DNA of 64,000 bases from contig CAXXMV010000006.1 in NCBI GenBank assembly GCA_963662285.2, positions 448,001 to 512,000 of the forward strand, given 5' to 3'. The position numbers were made by a program, and so were the translations under genes. Numbering within the stretch: position 1 is the stretch's first letter; every line of letters begins with the position of its first letter. This document shows positions 10,792-19,437 of this stretch, in pieces. Below the pieces are notes generated by a model. That model was not told the DNA's origin. It searched no databases and saw only the letters and a program-made list of their open reading frames with translations. The DNA is from a bacterium (GTDB lineage: Bacteria; Hinthialibacterota; Hinthialibacteria; Hinthialibacterales; Hinthialibacteraceae).

Positions 10792-11130
10792 TCCCGAAAG
10801 TCTTTTAGAACAATGCAAACCATGTTCAAAACGCCACACAATCCTATTCCGAAGTTTTAGACTATGCTCTTTAATTATTTGATATAGGAAAATATCTAAT
10901 GGAAAAATCTCACCTTTTTGAATGTGGTTTCCAACCTACCAACAAATTGAACCATTTGGATGCAATAAGCGGACGCATTCAGAAATTGTTTGTATCTGCT
11001 GGTGAATATAACTATCTAAAGTGATTCTCTTTTCATAATTCTTGCCTATATTATATGGTGGAGATGTGACAATAAGATTCATGCTTTCATCTGCTAATGA
11101 ACGCATGAAAGACAAATTATCTTCACATCT
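10792..11130 (-). pseudogene. Site-specific DNA methyltransferase remnant (N4-C/N6-A, beta class)
   Basis: LIVTSPPYNIGK motif IV; GSICW then a TAG stop where Gln is expected, continuing in frame VGNHIQKGEIFPLDI...LRNRIVWRFEHGLHCSKRLSG, then similarity ends. Confidence 0.8.
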
Positions 11131-11182
11131 CATATTAACTTTTGTTTCAGCAAAAAGCCATTTGACAGTAGCAGTAACCATT

Positions 11183-11462
11183 TTAATATAACCATACCCC
11201 AAACATTCTATTCAGTGGTTCTTCGCCATTCTCCGTAGTCCCTCCGCTATGGGCGATAGTCATCGCTTCCCGAAGCGTAACCAGCCCGTCATCAGGATTT
11301 ACATTATCGAAGATAGAGGTGATGACAATTGAGTTAGCGTTGTCAAATTGCTGTGGAGAGGTCGCCTGAGCTTCATTTGTACACGGTAAACAAAGCATCA
11401 GATAGAATAATACTAATAAAGTTAATGCTGTACGAAGAAAAATAGTGGCTGTTTTTAATCAT
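11183..11462 (-). pseudogene. Truncated, frameshifted CSLREA-like secreted protein
   Basis: GGAG RBS with ATG at 11462; an extra A in an A5 run breaks the signal peptide MIK/TATIFLRTALTLLVLFYLMLCLPCTNEAQA; then IVITSIFDNVNPDDGLVTLREAM; truncated soon after. Confidence 0.6.
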
Positions 11463-11573
11463 AACAAACTCCAAAAACAACGAATTCAAAAAAAAACATT
11501 TCACAATCATGCGATACAATAACAAAATTTTAACAGATTATCTAAGGGTTAAAACATTAGTAGAGAGATTAAC

Positions 11574-11605
11574 AAAGAAAACGGGCTGCCCAAATGACAG
11601 CCCGT
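11574..11605 (-). terminator. Intrinsic terminator of 11714..12997
   Basis: ACGGGCTGCC-CAAAT-GACAGCCCGT stem preceded by an A-rich tract on the + strand. Confidence 0.6.
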
Positions 11606-11652
11606 AAGTGATAAATTATCCGCATGTAGGTGGACTAAAAAGCATGTAGCAC

Positions 11653-11686
11653 GTAGGGTGGGCTAAAAGCGAAAGCGTAGCCCACC
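11653..11686 (+). repeat. GTAG-type REP-like hairpin
   Basis: GTAGGGTGGGCTAAAAGCGAAAGCGTAGCCCACC; degenerate copy at about 11626-11650; inverted copy at 14605..14634. Confidence 0.7.
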
Positions 11687-11713
11687 AAAACCACCTATAT
11701 TATAAGATCAAGA

Positions 11714-12997
11714 TCAGCCGGGTTTCCAACCTTCTTCGCCAGTGTATATCTGTCCACCGGGTACAGGGATGGGAACTTTGGGCAGGTCTCTTAATTCATA
11801 ATATATAGGATAAGATTCATCGGATTTGATGGCTTCATCCCAGGTCATTTCTTTACCGGCGTATTCGGCCATGCGTCCAAAGATAGCGGTCATGGTGCTT
11901 TCGGCGATGTTGCGCGCTTCGTTGATTGGCTTATCCTTGCGGATGCAATCAATCAGGTCGGCATGTTCCTGGACGTAAGGAGAACTCTGCTCTCCCTGGT
12001 GACGCCAGATATCTTTACCTTTGTCATCCAGCAGGAACCAGGGGCCGCCTTGTGATGTACGGGCGGAACCTTTAGAACCTTGTACCCGTTCTTCAACGCG
12101 TCCCTGACCGGGGATTTGTTTGCACATGCTGAGCACATTTAGACCGTTTCCAAATTGATAATGGACGGAATGATGATCCCAGATGTCGCCGCGCTCTTGC
12201 CATGCGCGTCCACCCGAACCATAGGCTTTAACCGGATGATCGCCGACGATCCAGTTGATGACGTCCAGGTTATGGACGTGTTGCTCAACGATATGGTCGC
12301 CCGATAACCAGCCAAAGTGATACCAACTGCGCATCTGCCATTCCAGATCGGTCATACCCGGTTTTCTGTCGCCGAATCCGATAGGGCCGCCGCACCAGAA
12401 AGTCTGGGCGTTAATGACATCACCAATAGCGCCATTACGGATTTTATCGATAGCTTCAATATACTCAGCCTGATGGCGGCGTTGCGAGCCTGCAACAATT
12501 TTCAAGCCTGATTGTTTGGCTTTTTCACCTGCCGCAATAATGCGGCGGATTCCAGGAGGATCAACGCCCGCCGGTTTCTCCATGAAAACGTTTCGTTTCA
12601 GACCAACTGCATATTCCAGAGTTTCTGGACGATAGCAGGGTGGAGTAGCCAGAATTACATAATCAGTTTCAATCTTGATCGCTTCTTTGTAGGCTTTGAA
12701 GCCCAGGAAGGTCTCAATATCTGTGGGACGGCCTAGTTTTTCCAGTTCAGCTTTGGCTAGTTCAATTCGATCAGGAAAAATATCAACCAGATATTTGATT
12801 TGAACATCTTCACAGGCCTGGATGCTATTCATCATAGCGCCGCGTCCACGACCGCCGCATCCGACCAGACCTACAGTAACCGGCGCCGCCGCTCTTGCTT
12901 CTTTGGAGGGAAGAACGTTAAACGCAGTAACCACTGCAGCCGCTGCCGCTCCGCTCTTCACAAAATCTCTTCTAGTCACATCAGGTTTATTTGTCAT
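11714..12997 (-). CDS. Gfo/Idh/MocA family oxidoreductase, Tat-exported
   Basis: TRRDFVK twin-arginine signal; GLVGCGGRG, MEKP, EQHVHNLD. Confidence 0.9.
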   Translation of the reverse strand: MTNKPDVTRRDFVKSGAAAAAVVTAFNVLPSKEARAAAPVTVGLVGCGGRGRGAMMNSIQACEDVQIKYLVDIFPDRIELAKAELEKLGRPTDIETFLGFKAYKEAIKIETDYVILATPPCYRPETLEYAVGLKRNVFMEKPAGVDPPGIRRIIAAGEKAKQSGLKIVAGSQRRHQAEYIEAIDKIRNGAIGDVINAQTFWCGGPIGFGDRKPGMTDLEWQMRSWYHFGWLSGDHIVEQHVHNLDVINWIVGDHPVKAYGSGGRAWQERGDIWDHHSVHYQFGNGLNVLSMCKQIPGQGRVEERVQGSKGSARTSQGGPWFLLDDKGKDIWRHQGEQSSPYVQEHADLIDCIRKDKPINEARNIAESTMTAIFGRMAEYAGKEMTWDEAIKSDESYPIYYELRDLPKVPIPVPGGQIYTGEEGWKPG

Positions 12998-13124
12998 AAC
13001 CTATGCTCCCCATCTTACAAAATGGCCGCTTTTTTCCCCTCAAGCGGGCTGCGGCTATACTTATTCTTAATACTATCAAGCCAAACAGCAAGATCAACAA
13101 GCCGGATTTATTGGATTTCCCAGA

Positions 13125-13148
13125 TTAATAAGTCATCCAATCAGAAAC
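13125..13148 (-). other. Putative C-terminal sorting motif VSDWMTY*
   Basis: Last 7 codons of the gene; matches V-x-[DG]-W-x-x-[YF]. Confidence 0.7.
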
Positions 13149-14576
13149 GCCGACTTGAACAGAACCCTGCGACCCTATATAACCGCCATTACTTCCAGCA
13201 GTCAGTACTGGCGAGTTTTCCTGTAATTGGAATCCTGCACGGCTGAATGAGTCTGGATCAGTGGTTGGGTTAACATACAGTGGATCGACGGATAGTTCAT
13301 TATCCAATGTGACATTAAGAAATGCTTCGAATTCAGTTAGTACGTTGCAATAGGATGCGATAAGCGAATCCTCTTCGAAATAATCAAAATCATCGAGTTT
13401 ACCATTGAGCATCCCGGCCACTCCCACCACATTGGTATTGCTTACATTGATTTTTCTATCTTGATCGATAGGCGGTTCGAGACGTAACTCGAAGGATCCC
13501 GGCGCGTCGACCAGGTTCTGATAAAAATCGCAATGTTCGATGGTGACGATGGCTTCTTCACCATTCTCCTGCACAAATAGACCTTCCTGCAAACAACCAG
13601 CGATGATGCAGTTGGTCATATTGACATTACCATGCTTGACCCTGAGGCCGATGTTTCCCGAACCGATGATGGCAACATCGTCAAACTCAGCGAGGATAGG
13701 AAATTCTCCTGTCGCTTGTTTATCGATGTTCACATTACCACGGTTGCCTAAGAAAGAGCAGCGTCGGAAAACGATCTTGCCGCCGCCCAATGTTGCGGGA
13801 TTCTGACAATTGGTAATTATAGTGTCTTCGATCAGATGCCCCGCGCCGCTCGCTGTCCGGGCGGGATCGGCGGGAGAGGGCAGGGCGGCGCAATCCATCT
13901 CGATCCCGTTACCATTGCAATTCTGAATAGTGCATCCCCGTAGGGTGATGGAAGGATCGGTGGGAACGCCCTCAGTGGCTTTGATGACTTGGACGCCATA
14001 GTGGCATTCTTCAACCAGGCAATTATCCATGACGATGCCGACAGGCGCCAGAGTCGCTCCATATATGATGATGCCGAAATTAAATCCTTCGTAGGCCGTT
14101 CCTTCTCCACCGGCGCCCCGGATAGTGCAGTTGCGCAGCGTGGTATCATTGCAATCCATCAAAGCTATGGCGCTGGAGATATCGTTGGCGGATACTTCGG
14201 TGGTTTGATTCTCGAAGATGATGCCTTCAAACACAGCCCCCACGCACCCTGACGCAAGAACGCCAAGACGGTCAATTCCTGGGATGCCCAAGTCTCCCAG
14301 GCGTTCTGCAGTGTTTACCGCACGGATAGTAGGCGTTTGACCTTCAGCGGCTTTCAGGGTGAACTGAGCCGCAAAACCAGCCCCGGCGCCAGCCGTAAGG
14401 TCTTCTTCATAAACAGCGCTATCCAGGATGATAATCTCATCGCCATTGGCGGAGGTGGCGACGGCAATCTGGATGCTGTTGACATCACCGGATCCGTCCT
14501 GCGCTACAGTAATCGTCCCGGCGAAAACAGGTGATGCCATAACGATGAGCAGCATAATTACAAATGTAATTCGCAT
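13125..14576 (-). CDS. Secreted right-handed beta-helix (pectin-lyase fold) protein with a V-x-D-W-x-x-Y tail
   Basis: Signal peptide ending VFA; ITVAQDGSGD...IQ.A; repeated NCTI/NCLV/GCTI/NCII rungs; FQLQENSP; ends VGVSDWMTY. Confidence 0.8.
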   Translation of the reverse strand: MRITFVIMLLIVMASPVFAGTITVAQDGSGDVNSIQIAVATSANGDEIIILDSAVYEEDLTAGAGAGFAAQFTLKAAEGQTPTIRAVNTAERLGDLGIPGIDRLGVLASGCVGAVFEGIIFENQTTEVSANDISSAIALMDCNDTTLRNCTIRGAGGEGTAYEGFNFGIIIYGATLAPVGIVMDNCLVEECHYGVQVIKATEGVPTDPSITLRGCTIQNCNGNGIEMDCAALPSPADPARTASGAGHLIEDTIITNCQNPATLGGGKIVFRRCSFLGNRGNVNIDKQATGEFPILAEFDDVAIIGSGNIGLRVKHGNVNMTNCIIAGCLQEGLFVQENGEEAIVTIEHCDFYQNLVDAPGSFELRLEPPIDQDRKINVSNTNVVGVAGMLNGKLDDFDYFEEDSLIASYCNVLTEFEAFLNVTLDNELSVDPLYVNPTTDPDSFSRAGFQLQENSPVLTAGSNGGYIGSQGSVQVGVSDWMTY

Positions 14577-14604
14577 TACTTATTCTCCTTAAACAAGTGG
14601 TTCA

Positions 14605-14634
14605 GGTGGGCTACGCTTCGCTTTTAACCAACCT
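14605..14634 (-). repeat. REP-like hairpin, inverted copy of 11653..11686
   Basis: Reverse complement reads AGGTTGGTTAAAAGCGAAGCGTAGCCCACC. Confidence 0.7.
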
Positions 14635-14783
14635 GGCTATGACGCATTCCAGCGCCTTAAGCATCCTAACATATATGCAATGAAGCCTCAATAAGAAAAT
14701 TTGATTTTTTGAAGTAATAAATTAGGAGATGCAATTTCGCTTTGTCTACACCCGGCGGGAGAGGAGAGATTGCTGTTCTGTAT

Positions 14784-15677
14784 TTACTTGTTTAGTTTTC
14801 TCTTGGAATTAATAATAACAACTCCAACAATGGCCATCGCTCCACCGGCGAAAGTCAGCATTGTTGGTATGATGCCGTACCATAACCATGCCGTAAATAT
14901 GGCTACAATAGGTGATATATACAAGAAAAAAGCGGTTCTGCTTGCTCCGATTTTCTTCATGGAATTCATCCATATAGCGTAAGCGATCACCGTCGGACAA
15001 ACTCCCAGATAAAGCACTGCCAGCATTGACGCCAATCTAGCATTGGGCAGTTGAGTAATTGCTGAAGGTAGAAAGATTAACATGGGAACGGTTCCAATCC
15101 AAAGGCTCCAGGCGGTGAAACAGATCGATCCATACTTGATGGTCAATGGACGCCCGAACACAAAATAAACCGCTGTTGAGAAAGAAGCCGCTAGAATCAA
15201 AAACGCGCTGCTGGAGAAAGAAATCCCCTTGCCTTGGCCTATGATAATGATAACCGCGCCGCTAAAAGCGATGGCCACTCCCAGCCACTCCCTGGAGCGG
15301 ATATGCTCCCGGCCAAACCAGCTGGCCAACAGAGCAGTCCACATCGGAACGGTTTGCACCAGAAGAGAAGCCGTTCCGGGAGGCACCACGCGCTGCCCGA
15401 AATTTAACAGCAAGTGATAACTGGTGATGCCGAAGAGGCTGACAATGATCAACCGCGGCGCGTCTCTGCGCTGAGGCAATCCGATTTTTCCAAACCAGAT
15501 AACTCCCGCCAACACACTGGCCGTACTAAATCTCAATACAGCCAGTTCTCCAGCGCCGAATATTTCTAATCCTATAGATATTGCGGTAAAGGCCGATCCC
15601 CAAAACAGAATCGCAAGCCCCATCGCTGCATAGACCATATATTTATTTATTGAATCGAACATAATTTTAATAACCAC
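14784..15677 (-). CDS. DMT/EamA family transporter
   Basis: About ten TM helices in two EamA repeats; LFWGSAF, LRF, YLGVCPTVIAY..W, P..A...AWL. Start may be ATG 15662. Confidence 0.9.
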   Translation of the reverse strand: MVIKIMFDSINKYMVYAAMGLAILFWGSAFTAISIGLEIFGAGELAVLRFSTASVLAGVIWFGKIGLPQRRDAPRLIIVSLFGITSYHLLLNFGQRVVPPGTASLLVQTVPMWTALLASWFGREHIRSREWLGVAIAFSGAVIIIIGQGKGISFSSSAFLILAASFSTAVYFVFGRPLTIKYGSICFTAWSLWIGTVPMLIFLPSAITQLPNARLASMLAVLYLGVCPTVIAYAIWMNSMKKIGASRTAFFLYISPIVAIFTAWLWYGIIPTMLTFAGGAMAIVGVVIINSKRKLNK

Positions 15678-15719
15678 TCTATTATTCTATTAAAACGAAT
15701 GTATCTCACTTAAGGGAAT

Positions 15720-15749
15720 AAAAAAGCCCCCTGTGTTAAAAGGGGGCTT
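15720..15749 (-). terminator. Intrinsic terminator of 15781..17061
   Basis: A-tract then GCCCCCT-GTGTTAAA-AGGGGGC. Confidence 0.7.
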
Positions 15750-15780
15750 GATTTAATTGGTTTATAATAAAGCGATTATT

Positions 15781-17061
15781 TTAATCTTTCAAACCTTTAG
15801 TCTTGAACTCCAACTTTTCAGCCTTTTTGAGCATCTCATCCCAGGTCACAATATCGCCGGAGTAGGCGGCGCTGCGTCCCAGAACTGTGATCAGATTGCT
15901 GCGCACGCTTGGTTCGATAGTGGGGTTATCGACATTCTTCTCCATGATGTTTTTATGGAAAGTGGCGATATTGTTGGCGGCGCCTTCCTCAAATATAGGG
16001 CCGGTGTTGCCGCCTTTATAGGCTTTCTTGCCGCGAATCAGAACCTCTCCGCCGTATTCAGTTTCCAATACGCCATCCGAACCATACATGCGGTTCTTGA
16101 TGCCCCCGTCTGATTTATAGCCCTCGAACTGGCGCGATGTGAAAGATACGCCCACGTTATCGGGATATTGATAAACCAGCATGAATGAGTCATGGCAATC
16201 GCCGCCGTCGTCACGTACTTTATGACCATTGGCGCCACTGGCCTGTATTGGCGGAACACCCATGATCCAATTCATAACATCCAGAGTGTGAATATTCTGT
16301 TCGGTAATAATGTCTCCCGACAGAACCTTGTCTAATCCCCACCCGCGCAGGCGGTTTTCAGGATTAGTAGGATCAGCTTTCATATATTCAATATGCGGTG
16401 GAAAAGGGAATCCCGCATGGTAGTAAGCTTCACCAAAGGCTAACTGCCCGATATCTCCATCATGCACGCGGCGCAACGCTTCCTTGTAGAAATCATTGGC
16501 GCGGGTTTGGAAATCGATCTGGAAACAGAGCCCCAAACGGGTCGCTTTATGACCGCTGGCTTCAATAGTCCGGCAGCCGGGGACGTCAACCGCAATCGGC
16601 TTGGCGACGTATACATGTTTTCCCGCGTCCACTCCAGCCGCCGCTTGTTCGGGGTGGAAATAGGGCGGGCTTTCGACGGCGATAGCATCTATGTCGCCCT
16701 TTTCGAGCATACGCTTATATGCTGATAGTCCGGTATAGCGCTGCGCCTGCGGAATTTCAAATAAATCTCCATATCGGTCAACCCGATCCTGGAAATAATC
16801 CGCCACAGCGCTGAGAATATAACCGCCGTGTTTTGCGAATAGACGCGATATCCAAATGCCCCGGCCTCCACAACCGCTCAGCCCCAGTTTTACTTTAGAA
16901 TTGGCCGATGATCCATGAACCAGGTTGGCGTTGATAATGGAACAGGATGCGGCCACAGCGCCCGAACGTGCCAGAAATGAACGGCGGCTAACATGTTTTG
17001 GTGAATTTGCATCTGTATTGTCAGGCATAATTGACCTCTCGCTTTTTGATTGATATTTCAT
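15781..17061 (-). CDS. Gfo/Idh/MocA family oxidoreductase, Tat-exported
   Basis: SRRSFL signal; GCGGRG, AKPIAVD, EQNIHTLD. Start may be ATG 17028. Confidence 0.9.
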   Translation of the reverse strand: MKYQSKSERSIMPDNTDANSPKHVSRRSFLARSGAVAASCSIINANLVHGSSANSKVKLGLSGCGGRGIWISRLFAKHGGYILSAVADYFQDRVDRYGDLFEIPQAQRYTGLSAYKRMLEKGDIDAIAVESPPYFHPEQAAAGVDAGKHVYVAKPIAVDVPGCRTIEASGHKATRLGLCFQIDFQTRANDFYKEALRRVHDGDIGQLAFGEAYYHAGFPFPPHIEYMKADPTNPENRLRGWGLDKVLSGDIITEQNIHTLDVMNWIMGVPPIQASGANGHKVRDDGGDCHDSFMLVYQYPDNVGVSFTSRQFEGYKSDGGIKNRMYGSDGVLETEYGGEVLIRGKKAYKGGNTGPIFEEGAANNIATFHKNIMEKNVDNPTIEPSVRSNLITVLGRSAAYSGDIVTWDEMLKKAEKLEFKTKGLKD

Positions 17062-17302
17062 TGAACTGCCAAAGAGATAATATTCTTAGGTTCTATTCTC
17101 TCAGAAAAGGACAGGTTTAGTCAAGCGGGAGTTTACGATATTATAGGCTAAATCCTTCATGGCAGCCCGATGATAGATGCACTCTGTGTATACCAAAGAG
17201 TTTTGAGCGCCACAAGAAGCCAATGTCATTATGTTAACCGCGTCTTCCCCTCTCCCGGCGGAAGAGGATTAAAGTAAGGGGGAAATATCACCTACCCCAA
17301 GC

Positions 17303-17331
17303 GTAGGATGGATCAGTCTCACCGACTCATC
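17303..17331 (+). repeat. Degenerate GTAG-type REP
   Basis: GTAGGATGGATCAGTCTCACCGACTCATC resembles the reverse complement of 49517..49548. Confidence 0.45.
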
Positions 17332-17345
17332 AAAAGGCCACTATT

Positions 17346-18422
17346 ATGAAACAACTCATCAGTTATATAGCTCTATCCGCTCCCGCTACGCGCCGGTATG
17401 CGCAAGGCGATGAACCATTACTGCGGCCGGAAATCGGATTCACTCCGCAGTGGTTTCATCAATCCCTGGGAATAGATTTTGGCGGGCAATGGCATAATAA
17501 TCCAGCGTGTCGACGTGACGCGATTATTGCTATGCGCCAGGAGATTAGAAGACGGTTTCCTGATACTTCTATTGGTTTAGTGAATCAACCGGATGAGCCG
17601 CTTGATTTGCTGACTGGAACATTTGGCGCTAATACCATCGCGGCGATTTATGGAATCCCTATACAGTATTTCTCTAACCAGTGGCCTACTGCTATAAAAA
17701 AATATTTCAGCAATGAACAAATTGATCAACTGGAACCTCCGCATCTGGTGGAAAACTCATTTTTCAATAAACTGATAGAGCAACTCGATTGGATTGCTGA
17801 TCATGAAGGTAAAATCACGGGTTTCATCAATTGGCAGGGAATATTGAATAATGCGCATCGGCTGCGCGGCGAAAAGATATTCATCGATCTGATTGATGAT
17901 CCTGATAGATGCTTGCAATTGTTTGAATGTATATGCGCCACAATGATCGAAGCGGCTCAACTAATTCAGGAACGCCAGCGCAAAAGCGGCGTGGATATCC
18001 GATTTTTCACAATCAGCAATTGTCTGGTTAACATGATCTCGCCCAAACATTATGAGAGATTGATTCTTCCCTTTGATCGTAAAATTGCGGAATCATTTGA
18101 ATGCATCGGCATACACAACTGCGCGTGGAAAGCCGATCCCTATTTGAATGCTTATGCTTCCATCACCAATGTCGGCTATATTGATATGGGGATGGAGTCC
18201 GATCTGAACCGGGCGCGAGACCTCTTCCCTGAAACTCGTCGAGCGATTATGTATCCCCCGACAAAACTGCTCAATGGATCAAAAGAGGAAATAGAACAAG
18301 ACCTGCTTCGCATTGCTCAAACCTATGCTCCCTGCGATATTGTCTTTGCCGATATCGAAGAGAATGTACCCGATGATAAAATCCTCTTCATCATCCAGGC
18401 ATGCCAAAAAATCAGTACTTGA
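17346..18422 (+). CDS. Uroporphyrinogen decarboxylase / MtaA-like TIM-barrel family protein
   Basis: GILNNAHRLRGEKIFIDL...P, NMISPKHYE...LPFD, GIHNCA are typical of the URO-D/CIMS-like superfamily. Confidence 0.7.
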   Translation: MKQLISYIALSAPATRRYAQGDEPLLRPEIGFTPQWFHQSLGIDFGGQWHNNPACRRDAIIAMRQEIRRRFPDTSIGLVNQPDEPLDLLTGTFGANTIAAIYGIPIQYFSNQWPTAIKKYFSNEQIDQLEPPHLVENSFFNKLIEQLDWIADHEGKITGFINWQGILNNAHRLRGEKIFIDLIDDPDRCLQLFECICATMIEAAQLIQERQRKSGVDIRFFTISNCLVNMISPKHYERLILPFDRKIAESFECIGIHNCAWKADPYLNAYASITNVGYIDMGMESDLNRARDLFPETRRAIMYPPTKLLNGSKEEIEQDLLRIAQTYAPCDIVFADIEENVPDDKILFIIQACQKIST

Positions 18423-18447
18423 GCGAAACAGGTTTATTTCAAATAAA

Positions 18448-18485
18448 CGCCAAGGGCAAGAGCGCATTGCGCTCAGCTCTTGATC
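18448..18485 (+). repeat. Palindromic repeat family C, copy 1
   Basis: CGCCAAGGGCAAGAGCGCATTGCGCTCAGCTCTTGATC; other copies at 19311 and 22631. Confidence 0.8.
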
Positions 18486-19170
18486 AACCGCCATCAAACC
18501 CACCGCCGGAACGATACGAGATATTACCAGCGCTTCTCAATCCATTTGAAGATTGATAAGGAATCCCGCGGAATCCGCTTTGGACGATGCTGCCATCCGG
18601 CCCGCTTCCAATCAGCGCAAATTCCCCCCGGGTTAAAGGTCTGACAGAACCGGGAAAGCCCTGGTTGCTTGGTTGATAGGCGTCAATATTATGATTATGG
18701 GGCGACCATGCATCAGTGCAGCGGGGATCATGATCGACATAGGTATAGGTATCAAGTTGGCCGCTCCATGTTTCACTAGCGGCTTGTTTTTTTGGCTCCC
18801 GTAAAAATGGGTCTTGGGGAATCGATGCTATGTAGTTAGTCGGCGTGGTCAGCGGCGCCATAACATCACGCATTAACCGGGTGCCTTTCTGAGGATTAGC
18901 GATTTTACTGAAATATTTATTCAGAAGCCCCAGGCATATCTCACCATCATCATCCCAGATATCAATCAGCAGGAATCCACGGTCAATCCTGAACGACTCG
19001 ATGGCGGTTCCCAGGTTCTTGGTATCAGCCTGTGACCGGGCCACTTTGGCGCGGGTTTGCGCGTTAAGAAAATTGGGCACGGCAATCGCCGCCAGAATGC
19101 CGATAATCGCAACTACAATTAACAATTCTATAAGCGTAAATGCTTTGTGGTTGTAATAATTTTTATTCAT
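18484..19170 (-). CDS. Prepilin-type N-terminal cleavage/methylation domain protein (T2SS pseudopilin G-like)
   Basis: KAFTLIELLIVVAIIGILAAIAVPNFLNAQTRAKV; LTTPTNYIASIPQDPF; GSGPDG; YQSSNGLRSAGNI. Confidence 0.9.
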   Translation of the reverse strand: MNKNYYNHKAFTLIELLIVVAIIGILAAIAVPNFLNAQTRAKVARSQADTKNLGTAIESFRIDRGFLLIDIWDDDGEICLGLLNKYFSKIANPQKGTRLMRDVMAPLTTPTNYIASIPQDPFLREPKKQAASETWSGQLDTYTYVDHDPRCTDAWSPHNHNIDAYQPSNQGFPGSVRPLTRGEFALIGSGPDGSIVQSGFRGIPYQSSNGLRSAGNISYRSGGGFDGG

Positions 19171-19310
19171 GGTTCATCTGGCTCTTATCTTTTTGCTTTA
19201 AAATTTTGTGTCTATTGAGTCTTAACCACATAATAGCAAAAAGACAGTTGAGATGTCGAGGGATCAGGTACTAAATGCTTATATCCACACTAACTGAATC
19301 GACGGACGGG

Positions 19311-19347
19311 CGCCAAGGGCAAGAGCGCAATGCGCTCAGCCCTTGAT
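19311..19347 (+). repeat. Palindromic repeat family C, copy 2
   Basis: CGC-CAAGGGC-AA-GAGCGCA-A-TGCGCTC-A-GCCCTTG-AT, two perfectly paired nested stems. Confidence 0.8.
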
Positions 19348-19413
19348 GCGATCACTTCCGATTTTATTAAACTATCGTCACTGAATTCCAGCGGGCGCTT
19401 GCATTGCAGAGGC

Positions 19414-19437
19414 TTAATAAATAGACCAGTCCATTAC
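19414..19437 (-). other. Putative C-terminal sorting motif VMDWSIY*
   Basis: Last 7 codons of the gene; matches V-x-[DG]-W-x-x-[YF]. Confidence 0.7.

Noticed and set aside
11183-11202. Stub ORF ending FGVWLY as a fifth copy of the C-terminal motif
   Set aside because: Spacing is W-x-Y with no Val at the right position, and the end arises from a deletion junction.
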